From an uncultured bacterium (lineage in GTDB: Bacteria; Fidelibacterota; Marinisomatia; Marinisomatales; TCS56): a DNA stretch of 64,000 nucleotides. The stretch is taken from assembly GCA_964410945.1 (NCBI GenBank), contig CAYPJE010000006.1, forward strand, positions 2,469 through 66,468. The letters are read 5' to 3'. The translations under genes and the position numbers were made by a program. Positions 40,159 to 50,935 of the stretch are shown one piece after another; position 1 is the first letter of the stretch, and every line of letters starts with the position of its first letter. Under the pieces are notes generated by a model. That model made no database searches. It worked only from the letters and a program-made list of their open reading frames with translations, and was not told the DNA's origin.

Positions 40159-40656
40159 ATGAAGCTTTTACGCAATGAGCTGGCATCCGGCTTAAAAAAC
40201 GAGCTTTTTGAGATTCCAACCGAAGATCTGCAAATCAGTGATATTGAATTCGCAGCATCCACATATAGTTGTACTTTATCCTCGGAAACAGCCCTCGGGG
40301 GCTTCAAGCTGACCGGTACTATCGAACTGAAAACTATTGAGACCTGTGACCGTTGTTTAAGCAGGTATGATCAGAACCATTCCATACCAGTCACCTTATG
40401 GCTGACCGCTGATCCGGAATTGATATCCGAAGTTAATGAGGATTTTATCTGGTTTCCCGAGCAGCAGGATTCAATCGATATTACAGACACTATTCACGAT
40501 CTTGTCTATCTGGACGAACCACTAAAGCGAATTTGCAGCAGCGGTTGTAAAGGATTATGCCCAGCCTGTGGCCATAATCGGAACAACGGTGATTGTCAAT
40601 GTGATACGACAGATGGGGATGATCGTTGGAATCAACTGAAACAATTGATTGAATAG
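40159..40656 (+). CDS. yceD: DUF177/YceD family protein
   Basis: CDRCL and PLKRICSSGCKGLCPACG...DDRWNQLK; immediately upstream of rpmF. Confidence 0.88.
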   Translation: MKLLRNELASGLKNELFEIPTEDLQISDIEFAASTYSCTLSSETALGGFKLTGTIELKTIETCDRCLSRYDQNHSIPVTLWLTADPELISEVNEDFIWFPEQQDSIDITDTIHDLVYLDEPLKRICSSGCKGLCPACGHNRNNGDCQCDTTDGDDRWNQLKQLIE

Positions 40657-40690
40657 ATATTTAATACAGGAAAAAGAATTAGGAGTACTA

Positions 40691-40870
40691 ATGGCTCTTC
40701 CAAAAACAAGAATTAGTAAAGCCCGCGGCCGTAAACGCCGCACGCATTATAAAGCGTCAGCAGTCAGTTATGCCGCCTGCCCTCAGTGTGGTCAGACAAA
40801 AATGCCCCACCGCGCCTGCCCGAATTGCGGGTATTACCGTGGACGTCCGGTAATCTCAAATACCGACTGA
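40691..40870 (+). CDS. rpmF: 50S ribosomal protein L32 (C4 Zn-binding form)
   Basis: MALPKTRISK...CPQCG...PHRACPNCGYY. Confidence 0.97.
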   Translation: MALPKTRISKARGRKRRTHYKASAVSYAACPQCGQTKMPHRACPNCGYYRGRPVISNTD

Positions 40871-40884
40871 TACACTCAAGCTGA

Positions 40885-41889
40885 ATGAGATTCGCTTTAG
40901 ACGCCATGGGGGGAGACTTCGCCCCTGGGGCCGTCGTCAAAGGTGTACTGCAAGCACTGGCAGTAACACCTGATAATATTAAATATATTCTGGTTGGCCA
41001 GCCAGCTGCCATCCAATCTGAGTTAGGTACGCTCAATTCCGACCGTATCAGTATCCACCCGGCATCGCAAATAGTATCAATGGAAGAATCGGCTTCACGG
41101 GTGATCAAAACCAAACCAGACTCATCGATTGTACAAGGAATAAAATTAGTTAAGGAAGGTAAGGCCGATGCCTTTATCAGTGCCGGGAATACCGGTGCGG
41201 TAATGTCCACCTCCCTCCTGGTGCTGGGACGGATACCGGGAGTAAAACGTCCGGCCCTGGGTGCTTACATTCCTACCTTATCAGGTGGAAAAATCCTCTG
41301 TGATGTTGGTGCCAATCCGGATGCCAAGCCGTTTCATATTTTGCAATTCGCAATTATGGCCTCTCATTATCTGAGTCATGTGGAGGGAGTGAAAAATCCA
41401 CCTGTTGGACTGGTAAATATAGGATCCGAACCGAATAAAGGCAGCGAACTGTACCAGCAAACCCATTCCCTGCTGAAAAATGAATTGGACAATTTCACCG
41501 GAAACGTAGAAGGACGACACCTGTTGGATTGTGAAGCACAGGTACTGGTCTGTGATGGATTTGTCGGTAATACAATCCTGAAATTTGCCGAAGGCTGGAC
41601 AAAGATTTTTTCAGATGAAGTCCGCCAGAGAATCGGGAAACGTCCCCGGTATTTACTGGGAACATATTTTCTTAAGCCGGTTTTTAAGGCTATAAAAAAA
41701 CAATTTGATTATGAAGAATACGGCGGGACACCTCTATTGGGAGTAAACGGGGTCAGCATAATTTGTCATGGCAGTTCAAGTGAGAAAGCCATAAAAAATT
41801 CAATCCTGGTCGCCAAGTCCTGCGTTGAGAAAAACTTGATAGAAGACACTAAAATCAGTGTCGCCGAACATTTAGGAGTACAGAATTGA
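40885..41889 (+). CDS. plsX: Phosphate acyltransferase PlsX
   Basis: DAMGGDFAP, SAGNTGA, RPAL, DVGAN, CDGFVGN, HGSS. Confidence 0.96.
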   Translation: MRFALDAMGGDFAPGAVVKGVLQALAVTPDNIKYILVGQPAAIQSELGTLNSDRISIHPASQIVSMEESASRVIKTKPDSSIVQGIKLVKEGKADAFISAGNTGAVMSTSLLVLGRIPGVKRPALGAYIPTLSGGKILCDVGANPDAKPFHILQFAIMASHYLSHVEGVKNPPVGLVNIGSEPNKGSELYQQTHSLLKNELDNFTGNVEGRHLLDCEAQVLVCDGFVGNTILKFAEGWTKIFSDEVRQRIGKRPRYLLGTYFLKPVFKAIKKQFDYEEYGGTPLLGVNGVSIICHGSSSEKAIKNSILVAKSCVEKNLIEDTKISVAEHLGVQN

Positions 41890-42863
41890 AAGCAGTAATT
41901 ACAGCTACGGCACGATACCTTCCTGAGCGAGTATTGACGAATAAAGAATTGGAAAAAATGGTAGAAACCAACGATGAGTGGATCAAATCCCGGACTGGAA
42001 TCTCAGAGCGTAGAATGGTTGCACCGGGACAGGCAACTGCCGATATGGGCACCCGCGCCGCCCAGGCCCTGCTGGAGAAAAGCGGACGCAAACCGGAAGA
42101 CGTGGATGTCATCGTTGTTGCCACAGTAACCCCGGATATGTTTTTCCCCTCAACTGCTTCAATGATCCAGCATAACATTGGTGCCACCAACGCCTGGGGC
42201 TTTGACCTGTCAGGCGCCTGCACCGGCTTTCTCTACGCTTTGCAGACTGGTGCTAATTTCATCGAATCGGGACGTTATTCTACCGTTATGGTAATCGGTG
42301 CCGATACAATGAGCGCCATTGTTGATTATACCGATCGCAATACCTGTATCCTTTTTGGGGATGCCGCCGGTGCAGTCCTGCTGGAAGCCGGAAACTCAGA
42401 CCGTGGTGTCATCGATGCCAAATTGCACCTGGACGGTTCAGGTGGAAAATATTTATATATGTCAGCCGGTGGCAGCCTGTTACCGGCCAGCCATGAAACA
42501 GTCGATAAAAAACAGCATTACATCTACCAGGATGGTAAAGCTGTTTTCAAGGTTGCCTCCAAAGGGATGGCCGATGTCAGCCATGAAATTCTGGAACGCA
42601 ATGGTTATTCCGGCTCGGATGTGAAACTTTTCATCCCCCACCAGGCCAATAAGCGTATTATTGATGTTTCGGCCAAACGGCTGGGATTAGATCCTGAGCA
42701 GGTAGTCATCAATATCGGCAACTATGGAAACACAACCGCCGCCACTATCCCCCTGGGAATCGATGAGTCAGTCGAGCAGGGTAAATTGAAGGAAGGCGAT
42801 CTGCTGCTGATGGCCGCTTTTGGTGCCGGTTATACCTGGGGCAGCATGCTGGTCAGGTGGTAA
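41886..42863 (+). CDS. fabH: 3-oxoacyl-ACP synthase III
   Basis: SRTGISERR, ACTGF (Cys), PHQAN, YGNT, FGAG. Confidence 0.96.
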   Translation: MKAVITATARYLPERVLTNKELEKMVETNDEWIKSRTGISERRMVAPGQATADMGTRAAQALLEKSGRKPEDVDVIVVATVTPDMFFPSTASMIQHNIGATNAWGFDLSGACTGFLYALQTGANFIESGRYSTVMVIGADTMSAIVDYTDRNTCILFGDAAGAVLLEAGNSDRGVIDAKLHLDGSGGKYLYMSAGGSLLPASHETVDKKQHYIYQDGKAVFKVASKGMADVSHEILERNGYSGSDVKLFIPHQANKRIIDVSAKRLGLDPEQVVINIGNYGNTTAATIPLGIDESVEQGKLKEGDLLLMAAFGAGYTWGSMLVRW

Positions 42864-42864
42864 T

Positions 42865-43785
42865 ATGAGTACAGCCTTTATCTTTCCGGGGCAGGCTTCA
42901 CAAAAGGTCGGTATGGGTGCCGATCTTTACGAACAGACCGAGATTGGAAAAAAATACTACGATCAGGCCAATGATATTATGGGGATCGACATCCGGGATA
43001 TCTCATTTAAGGGACCCGATGAATTACTGACCCAGACCAGATATACTCAACCGGCGATATATATCGTCAGCGTAATCCTGGGCGAGTTACTATTGAAAGC
43101 CGGTATCCAGCCAACAGCCGTAGCCGGCCATTCACTGGGTGAATATTCGGCTCTGGCTATCGCCGGTGCCTTCGATTTCGAAACTGGATTGAAATTGGTC
43201 AAACTACGCGCCGAGAGCATGCAGGCCGCTGGTGAAACCCAGCCGGGGACAATGGCAGCTATTATCGGCCTCACCGGCGAAAAGGTCGATGAAGTATGTG
43301 ACCGGATTTCCAACGGAATCGTAGTTGCCGCTAATTATAACACCGATACCCAAATCGTTATCTCAGGTGAAACCGAGGCCGTCAGACAGGCTATGGAACT
43401 GGCCAAGGAAGCAGGAGCAATGAAAGTCGTGGAGTTGAATGTAAGCGGTGCCTTTCACTCCCCGCTGATGACACCAGCCAAAGATCGTCTGGAAGAAAAA
43501 CTTGATACTATTACACTTTCTGATCTGACAATCCCCCTCTATGCTAATGTAACCGCCGAGCCTGTCAGCAAAGCGGTTGAGATTCAACAGCTACTGATAA
43601 ACCAGCTTGAAAATCCTGTTCGTTGGAATGCGACAATGAGGAATATGGAAGCCTCTGGTATAACTAATTTTATTGAAGTTGGACCGGGACGAGTTTTACA
43701 GGGGCTATTGCGCCGAATTAATCGTAAATTAAGTGCTGGTGGAGTTGAGATATTAACTGATATTGAAAAAATTACCGATGCTTGA
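42865..43785 (+). CDS. fabD: Malonyl-CoA:ACP transacylase
   Basis: FPGQASQ, TQPA, GHSLGEY, VSGAFHS. Confidence 0.96.
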   Translation: MSTAFIFPGQASQKVGMGADLYEQTEIGKKYYDQANDIMGIDIRDISFKGPDELLTQTRYTQPAIYIVSVILGELLLKAGIQPTAVAGHSLGEYSALAIAGAFDFETGLKLVKLRAESMQAAGETQPGTMAAIIGLTGEKVDEVCDRISNGIVVAANYNTDTQIVISGETEAVRQAMELAKEAGAMKVVELNVSGAFHSPLMTPAKDRLEEKLDTITLSDLTIPLYANVTAEPVSKAVEIQQLLINQLENPVRWNATMRNMEASGITNFIEVGPGRVLQGLLRRINRKLSAGGVEILTDIEKITDA

Positions 43786-44524
43786 GTTAAATGATAAAAT
43801 TGCCCTGGTCACTGGTGCTTCACGCGGAATCGGTGCCGGGATTGCTCATAAACTGGCTGATGCCGGAGCTACTGTTATTTGTGTCAGCCGTACCCTGGAA
43901 GCCGTACAATCGGTTGCCGGGGAAATCACTGCCAAGGGACTACAGGCCCATGGACGTGCCTGTGATATTTCCAGTTCCGAATCGGTTACCGGTCTGGTTA
44001 AAGAACTGATTGAAAAATTTGGCAAAATAGATATCCTGGTCAACAATGCCGGTGTCACCCGGGATACCCTGCTAATGCGTATGTCTGAAGCGGACTGGGA
44101 TATGGTATTGAATACGAACCTTAAGGGTGCATTCAATTCGACCAAAGCAGTGACCCGCCCCATGATGAAGCAGCGCTGGGGACGAATAATAAATATTTCA
44201 TCGGTGGTGGGTATCACCGGAAATGCCGGCCAGGCCAACTATTCAGCCTCTAAAGCCGGATTGATTGGTTTCACCAAGGCAACTGCCAAAGAATTCGGAT
44301 CCCGCAACATAACAGTAAATTGCGTTGCCCCGGGATATATTGAAACCGATATGACTGCTGAATTGAAAGATGATTTAAAAGCTGAAATGATCAAACAGAT
44401 CCCAATTGGTAGGATTGGGACTGTCAATGATATTGCCGGTCTGGTATTGTTCCTGGCTTCTGATGAGGCCGAATATATCACCGGACAAACTTACGCCGTC
44501 GATGGCGGTATGACTATGTCGTAA
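43778..44524 (+). CDS. fabG: 3-oxoacyl-ACP reductase
   Basis: [25 protein letters not shown]. Confidence 0.96.
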   Translation: MLELNDKIALVTGASRGIGAGIAHKLADAGATVICVSRTLEAVQSVAGEITAKGLQAHGRACDISSSESVTGLVKELIEKFGKIDILVNNAGVTRDTLLMRMSEADWDMVLNTNLKGAFNSTKAVTRPMMKQRWGRIINISSVVGITGNAGQANYSASKAGLIGFTKATAKEFGSRNITVNCVAPGYIETDMTAELKDDLKAEMIKQIPIGRIGTVNDIAGLVLFLASDEAEYITGQTYAVDGGMTMS

Positions 44525-44540
44525 CACTAAGGAGAATACA

Positions 44541-44771
44541 ATGGATACATTTGCAAAGATTAAGGATGTTATAGTCGACAAACTGGGAGTTGATGAAGAT
44601 AAAATTACCATGGAAGCCCATTTTGTGGATGATCTTGGCGCCGATTCACTGGATACAGTCGAACTGATTATGCAGTTAGAAGAAGAATTCGGAATCGAAA
44701 TTCCGGATGAAGACGCCGAAACGATTACCACTGTTGGCGCAGCCGTCAATTATATCGAAAATAAAGCTTAG
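44541..44771 (+). CDS. acpP: Acyl carrier protein
   Basis: [12 protein letters not shown]. Confidence 0.98.
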   Translation: MDTFAKIKDVIVDKLGVDEDKITMEAHFVDDLGADSLDTVELIMQLEEEFGIEIPDEDAETITTVGAAVNYIENKA

Positions 44772-44778
44772 TTAAACT

Positions 44779-46026
44779 ATGCCTAAACGGCGCGTTGTTG
44801 TTACCGGTATGGGTGCCCTGGCCCCAAACGGTAATACTGTACCACAATTCTGGGGGGCAATAAAATCCGGAACCAGTGGCATTGGACCGATCACTAATTT
44901 CGATGCCACCGACTTCACCGTCAAAATTGCCGGTGAAGTTTTGGATTTCCAGGCTGAAGACCACTTTGACCGTAAGGAATTGCGAAAGCTGGACCGGTTC
45001 ACGGTTTATGCTTTAGTAGCCGCTGCCGAAGCGATCGAACAGGCCAACCTGAATGTCGGAGCTACACCAGCCGAACGGATTGGTGTAATTCTTGGATCGG
45101 GGATCGGTGGAATCGGAACCTTCGAGGAACAGCATAAAAACCTGCTTGAAAAAGGACCGCGACGTGTTTCCCCGTTTTTTATCCCCATGATGATAGCCAA
45201 TATCGCTTCCGGCCATGTGGCCATCAAATGGGGCTTCAAGGGTCCCAATCATGCGGTAGTATCGGCCTGCGCTTCTGGGAATGATGCCATCGGAGAAGCA
45301 TTACGGACCGTTCAATACGGTGATGCCGATGTAGTTGTTACCGGAGGATCGGAAGCATCGGTCTGTCCGATGGCGGTGGCTGGCTTTGCCAACATGAAAG
45401 CCCTGTCCACCCGTAATGATGATCCAACCGGCGCCAGTCGTCCTTTCGATCTGGATCGTGATGGTTTTGTAATTGCCGAAGGTGCCGGCATTCTTATCCT
45501 GGAAGAACTTGAGCACGCCCGGAAACGCGGTGCCGAAATCTTCGGTGAGATTGGTGGCTATGGGGCCACCGATGATGCTTATCATATCACCCAACCGGCC
45601 GCAGGTGGCACCGGTGCGGCGGTGGCAATGCAAATGGCTATCGGCGATGCCGGATTAAACCCTGCCGACATTGATTATATCAATGCTCACGGTACTTCGA
45701 CACCATATAACGATAAGAATGAGACCCTGGCTGTCCATACGGTTTTCGGAGAACATGCCCGCAATCTTGCGATTAGTTCCACAAAATCCATGACCGGACA
45801 CCTGCTGGGAGCGACTGGAGCAATCGAAGCAATCGCATCGATCATGTCGCTGCGCGAACAAATTCTGCCACCCACAATCAATCAGATTACAGCTGATCCG
45901 GAATGTGATCTTGACTATGTGCCCAATAATGCCCGACCGGCTAACATTAGAAATATAGTCTCGAACACACTGGGCTTCGGTGGACACAATGCAGTTCTAT
46001 TGATTAAACGATGGGACGAAGATTGA
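44779..46026 (+). CDS. fabF: 3-oxoacyl-ACP synthase II
   Basis: [31 protein letters not shown]. Confidence 0.97.
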   Translation: MPKRRVVVTGMGALAPNGNTVPQFWGAIKSGTSGIGPITNFDATDFTVKIAGEVLDFQAEDHFDRKELRKLDRFTVYALVAAAEAIEQANLNVGATPAERIGVILGSGIGGIGTFEEQHKNLLEKGPRRVSPFFIPMMIANIASGHVAIKWGFKGPNHAVVSACASGNDAIGEALRTVQYGDADVVVTGGSEASVCPMAVAGFANMKALSTRNDDPTGASRPFDLDRDGFVIAEGAGILILEELEHARKRGAEIFGEIGGYGATDDAYHITQPAAGGTGAAVAMQMAIGDAGLNPADIDYINAHGTSTPYNDKNETLAVHTVFGEHARNLAISSTKSMTGHLLGATGAIEAIASIMSLREQILPPTINQITADPECDLDYVPNNARPANIRNIVSNTLGFGGHNAVLLIKRWDED

Positions 46027-46733
46027 CAGTTTTATCAAAGTTATTTGGTAGAAAAAACACTGATAACCGGTTTGCTGCCCTGGAGCGGCAGATCGGTTAT
46101 CGCTTTTCTAAGCCTGATTACCTGGAACAGGCCTTCACCCATCGCTCGATTGATACTGGTCCCAAGCAGAATTATGAACGCCTGGAATTCCTGGGGGATG
46201 CAGTTATTGACTTGATAATCAGCAAGGAACTGATGAAAGAATTTCCCGCGGGTGACGAAGGGATACTGACTCAGAAACGAACTGCCCTGGTTCAGAAATC
46301 ATTTCTTTCATCGATGGGGAATCTGCTAAACCTCCTCGATCTTCTGAAGATTGAATCATCAGTAAACCTGGAAGTTGATAAAATTGCAGTTAAGCAGTTA
46401 GGCAATATATATGAGGCCCTGATTGGAGCTATATACATGGATGGTGGTCTGGAACCGTGCTATAAACTGGTTATGGATACTGTCTGGCGACACCGAACCG
46501 AAGCATGGAAAACGACTAATTTCAAGGGGCGGTTGATTGAATATTGCCATTCCTATCAATTGGCGAATCCAAAATTCTGCATTGCTTCGGTCTCTGGCCC
46601 CGAGCACCAGAAAATGTTCGAGGTGCATGTAAAAATAGGTGAAGATTCCTACCCATCCGGAATCGGTACCAATAAAAAAGCCGCAGAACAGGCCGCGGCT
46701 CAAAATGCAATTGAAGCTTTAATCGGGAATTAA
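46011..46733 (+). CDS. rnc: Ribonuclease III
   Basis: [22 protein letters not shown]-terminal ds[12 protein letters not shown]. Confidence 0.96.
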   Translation: MGRRLTVLSKLFGRKNTDNRFAALERQIGYRFSKPDYLEQAFTHRSIDTGPKQNYERLEFLGDAVIDLIISKELMKEFPAGDEGILTQKRTALVQKSFLSSMGNLLNLLDLLKIESSVNLEVDKIAVKQLGNIYEALIGAIYMDGGLEPCYKLVMDTVWRHRTEAWKTTNFKGRLIEYCHSYQLANPKFCIASVSGPEHQKMFEVHVKIGEDSYPSGIGTNKKAAEQAAAQNAIEALIGN

Positions 46734-47296
46734 CTCAATCGCGATAGTTCCCTGATCTGATCTCTGAGCTTAGCTGCAATTTCATATTCTTCCTTTTCCA
46801 CTGCATCAGCTAATTGCTTCTCAAGAGTGGCTTTGGAAGGAGCAAAAGCTCCAGCATTATGAGATTCAATCCCCTCCTGCTCGCGATCCTCCAGAACTCC
46901 AGATTCATCCATCACAGTACTGGCAACCAGAATGGTGGTTTGCATTCGAAGTGCCAGTGCGATTGCATCACTGGGACGGGCATCGATGGCGCGAATGTCA
47001 AAATGTTTGCTGCCGATCTCAAGTTTGGCATAGTAAATACCATCCTTGAGTTCAGTAATCATAACCGATAAAAGTGTTCCGTCGATTCCAATAATCATAT
47101 TGCTGAGCAGGTCGTGAGTCATGGGACGCGGTGTCTGGATGTTTTCCATCGCCAGGGCAATTGCCTGAGCCTCGAAAGCACCGACAATCACCGGTAATTT
47201 CCGCATTCCATCCAGTTCCTTCAGCACCACCGCATAACTGTTGTTGGGCGGATGAAATGATATTTTATCGACTTGAACGGGAATCATTCGCTTCAC
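46730..47296 (-). CDS. Bifunctional nuclease (DUF151) with UVR domain
   Basis: LPVIVGAFEAQAI, PRPMTHDL, DARPSDAIALA, EEYEIAAKLRDQI. Confidence 0.92.
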   Translation of the reverse strand: MKRMIPVQVDKISFHPPNNSYAVVLKELDGMRKLPVIVGAFEAQAIALAMENIQTPRPMTHDLLSNMIIGIDGTLLSVMITELKDGIYYAKLEIGSKHFDIRAIDARPSDAIALALRMQTTILVASTVMDESGVLEDREQEGIESHNAGAFAPSKATLEKQLADAVEKEEYEIAAKLRDQIRELSRLS

Positions 47297-47342
47297 AATA
47301 CTAATATAATCAGTTGATCGGTCAACCTCAACATCTATTATA

Positions 47343-48383
47343 TTAAAGACGTGCCAGGCGGTCTTTCAGTTCCATGATTTTTTCCACCGGGGTGGGATCG
47401 GTTTCATGTTCCAGTGCACACCAGTAGCTTACCCAGTCACCAAAGTGGATCAGATGCAACAACCTGACAAAACGACTGTCACCGGAAACCGAAATTATTT
47501 CCTGAGGACAGTATTCTTCGATCAACTCCACCGTTATCCCCTGTCGCAACTGAACCCGTGGATTATCATTCTCATCCTTCAGCCAGATAACAGTAAATTG
47601 TTTCAGAAGTTCGCGGTTATTCTGCCAGCCCACAATCTCATTATGATTGAACTCCGGCAGTTCATTATAATAAGCCAGCATTTTGGAATTTTCACTCAGC
47701 TGTCCACACCAACGACGGGCAACCACTGCGGTTGCTTCGGTTTCACCATAGATTATGGGCAGGCGCGGTGCAATTCTGTGCGCCAGTTCCAGCGTAGGAT
47801 TATCCTGCTCCCGGGAATACTGGTCGCGCTTTAATTTCAATTGGCTAACCGTACCAATCAGTTCATTAGCAATAGTATCCCTGATCACACCGATCTCCTT
47901 TAACAGGAATAACAGGGTCACAAAGGAATACGCAAGTGCTGCCCGTGGCTGTAATCCTGGCACAATGGATACTTTATCAAAACCATCCGAAACCAATTGC
48001 TGTCCGATTTTCCCGCCGGTTGTAATACCACAGATTCGGGCACCCTTTGATTTCGCATCTTCATAGGCTGACAGCGTTTCTTCGGTATTTCCTGAATATG
48101 ATGAAGCAATCACCAATGTATCCGGTCCTGCCCAATTAGGTAATTGATACCCACGTACCACCTTCAGCGGCAAAGTCAATTCATTACCGATCAGCATGCC
48201 CGCCACATCACCACCAATGGCTGAGCCACCCATACCCGACACAATTATATTCTTCAAGCCGGCGTAGTCATTCTTTAGGTTGATTGCCGAACCTATTTTC
48301 ATCGCATCCTCGATATGATCAGGAAAATCATAGATGGCCTGAAACATATTGTCAGGATCATATTTAGAAATTTTGGTAGCCAT
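47343..48383 (-). CDS. Bifunctional phosphoglucose/phosphomannose isomerase (SIS type)
   Basis: GMGGSAIGG, SYSGNTEET, QPRAA, ENSK, PEFNHNEI, DPTPV. Confidence 0.92.
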   Translation of the reverse strand: MATKISKYDPDNMFQAIYDFPDHIEDAMKIGSAINLKNDYAGLKNIIVSGMGGSAIGGDVAGMLIGNELTLPLKVVRGYQLPNWAGPDTLVIASSYSGNTEETLSAYEDAKSKGARICGITTGGKIGQQLVSDGFDKVSIVPGLQPRAALAYSFVTLLFLLKEIGVIRDTIANELIGTVSQLKLKRDQYSREQDNPTLELAHRIAPRLPIIYGETEATAVVARRWCGQLSENSKMLAYYNELPEFNHNEIVGWQNNRELLKQFTVIWLKDENDNPRVQLRQGITVELIEEYCPQEIISVSGDSRFVRLLHLIHFGDWVSYWCALEHETDPTPVEKIMELKDRLARL

Positions 48384-48441
48384 ATTTACTCCGCTAATTG
48401 TTATCAAAGACTGAACCAATCATCATTGATCCAGATAAGTT

Positions 48442-49419
48442 CTATTTTTTTCTATTCAGTATATAATCTGAAAAAGCTATCAAATCATCCCGTCCGGATT
48501 CCGGAACAACCAATAATTTCTGCCGGGACTGTTCAACCAGTTCGCCGGCTATATTTTCAGCCTGTGCCAAAATACCGGTAACGGTATAATAGTCGCGATA
48601 TACAGAGCATAGTTCAGCTACTGGCAACTCGGCTTGCTCCTTCTGAAAACGTTTCCATTCGGAAGCGTTCCTATCCCGCGCAAGGATTGTCAATACTGTC
48701 TGTTTCCCGGCTGCGATATCGCTGCCAAGACTCTTGCCCATATTTTTTACATTGGCGGTAATTTCAAGGATGTCATCCTGTACCTGGAAAGCCTGGCCGA
48801 GTAAAATCCCGTATTCAAACAAGGAGCGACAAACATCATCCCCCTGATCAGCAAGCAGCGCACCTAATTCCGCACACAGCCCAATCAGGTTGCCGGTTTT
48901 CTTCCCTATCATAGCCAGATACTCATCCATGGTCACATCTGTGCGGGCTTCAAAATCCTTGTCGAAGGCTTGCCCTTCACAGATTTCCAGGGTAGCTTCA
49001 TTGAAACGATGGAAACACTGCCGGGCATTGACTGATACGCGCCCGATCAACAGTTGACTGATAGTAAAAATACCATCTCCAGCCAGGATAGCTGTCGATT
49101 CGTCCCATTTATGATAGACGGTTGGCTGCCCATGCCGCAGACTGTCCTGATCCATGATATCATCATGAACCAGGGTAAAATTATGCAGCAATTCAACGGC
49201 CAGACCGGCAACGGCCAAATCCTCCTTTTGGGCATCAAAAGCCTTTCCCGACAGGTGCACCAACACAGGTCTGAGCCGTTTGCCCTTTCCAGCAATTACA
49301 TAACGGATCGGATCGTACAGATAGGCCGGTTCAGTCGGGAAAACCAGTTCATCCAGGCCCTCCTGGATTTCTGTCTGGAGAACCTCCAGGCAGCTTTTGA
49401 ATTGGTTAGTGACCGCCAT
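48442..49419 (-). CDS. Polyprenyl diphosphate synthase (short-chain/GGPP type)
   Basis: GKRLRP, HNFTLVHDDIMD..LRHG, GQAFD, KKTG, FQVQDDILE. Confidence 0.92.
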   Translation of the reverse strand: MAVTNQFKSCLEVLQTEIQEGLDELVFPTEPAYLYDPIRYVIAGKGKRLRPVLVHLSGKAFDAQKEDLAVAGLAVELLHNFTLVHDDIMDQDSLRHGQPTVYHKWDESTAILAGDGIFTISQLLIGRVSVNARQCFHRFNEATLEICEGQAFDKDFEARTDVTMDEYLAMIGKKTGNLIGLCAELGALLADQGDDVCRSLFEYGILLGQAFQVQDDILEITANVKNMGKSLGSDIAAGKQTVLTILARDRNASEWKRFQKEQAELPVAELCSVYRDYYTVTGILAQAENIAGELVEQSRQKLLVVPESGRDDLIAFSDYILNRKK

Positions 49420-50776
49420 CCAGTTCAATCTTACCAATCGATTGCAGCTTGTCCAGGACCAGAGTTTTGATCTCCTCCATCCGTTCCTGAGATGCCGCTT
49501 CGAAGCGACAGACAATAACCGGTTGAGTGTTGGATGACCTTACAAGCCCCCAACCATCACCGAATTTAATCCGGACACCATCAACGTCAATTACGTCATA
49601 ATTAGCGCTGAAATATTCGGCTGCCTCCTTTGCGATCCTGAATTTCTCTTCATCCGATTCGCACATCATACGCATTTCTGGTGTAGAGTAATAACGTGGA
49701 ATCTCGGCTGCCAACTCAGATAATTTTTTATCGCTGCGGGAAATCAATTGTACCAGCCGGGCGGCTACATACAGGGCATCATCATATCCGAAATAATCAT
49801 CGGCAAAAAAGATATGTCCACTCATTTCACCGCCAAATTTACAATTCAGTTCGCGCATCTTTACTTTAATCAGAGAATGGCCGGTTTTCCACATTACCGG
49901 CTTACCGCCATATTTGACGATCATCTCTTCCAGGGCCTGAGAACACTTCACATCGAACAGAATTTCATCACCAGCTTCCACAATTTCCGGCAGGAATAGG
50001 GCCATCAACTGATCAGCCCAGATAATATTACCGGTTTCATCCACTACACCAACCCGGTCAGCATCTCCGTCAAAAGCAAGCCCCACATCGTACTCACCGG
50101 TTTTCATCAGTTTAATCAATTCCGTCAGGTTGGCTTCAACAGTCGGATCAGGGTGATGGTTGGGGAAAGAACCATCAATATCACAGAATAATTCCGTCAG
50201 TTCGACACCCAGTTCCTTGAAAATAGTCGGGCTGTTAATACAGGCTGCCGCATTTCCACAGTCCATCACTACTTTAACCGGACGCTCCAGTTTAATCTTG
50301 CCAAGTATCATCTGCTCGTAATCAGATTTGATCTCATGGCGGATTTCATTGCCTTCACCAACTGCAAAAGCATTGGTTTCAATTATTTTCCGGATATCCT
50401 GAATCTGTTCACCGTAAACAGCACCCTTGTTATAACTTAACTTGAAACCATTGTACTCCGGGGGATTATGACTTCCTGTAATCTGACAGGCTCCGGCCAC
50501 ATCCAAGTGAAACATGGCAAAATAATTAACAGGCGTCGGTAATAATCCTAAATCAATAACATCGACTCCGGTAGATAAAACGCCACGTTTAAATTGTTCC
50601 ATCAATGACGGGGTAGTCAGACGAACGTCACCCGACAGTGCAATTTCTCTTCCGCCTTGATTATATACAAAAGTACCGAAACCTTTGCCCAGTAAAACCA
50701 CCACATCCGGTGGAAAATCTTCCGCCACATTGCCGCGGATATCATATTCTCTAAACATATAAGGATTTATATTCAT
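49406..50776 (-). CDS. Phosphomannomutase/phosphoglucomutase
   Basis: FREYDIRG, TGSHNPPEYNG, FDGDADR, GEMSGH, VRSSNTQP. Confidence 0.95.
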   Translation of the reverse strand: MNINPYMFREYDIRGNVAEDFPPDVVVLLGKGFGTFVYNQGGREIALSGDVRLTTPSLMEQFKRGVLSTGVDVIDLGLLPTPVNYFAMFHLDVAGACQITGSHNPPEYNGFKLSYNKGAVYGEQIQDIRKIIETNAFAVGEGNEIRHEIKSDYEQMILGKIKLERPVKVVMDCGNAAACINSPTIFKELGVELTELFCDIDGSFPNHHPDPTVEANLTELIKLMKTGEYDVGLAFDGDADRVGVVDETGNIIWADQLMALFLPEIVEAGDEILFDVKCSQALEEMIVKYGGKPVMWKTGHSLIKVKMRELNCKFGGEMSGHIFFADDYFGYDDALYVAARLVQLISRSDKKLSELAAEIPRYYSTPEMRMMCESDEEKFRIAKEAAEYFSANYDVIDVDGVRIKFGDGWGLVRSSNTQPVIVCRFEAASQERMEEIKTLVLDKLQSIGKIELDGGH

Positions 50777-50935
50777 TAATTACCTCTTTGAAATTGAATG
50801 GGTATTATCATACCTGTGGGTCAAATAAATCTTATACAAATTTACGGAAAGTATATTTAGGATTCTATCAGGGAGAATGGAAAATAAAGAAAGGATGTCG
50901 TGCTGATTAATTAATCAACAGACAGAAAAATTTCG

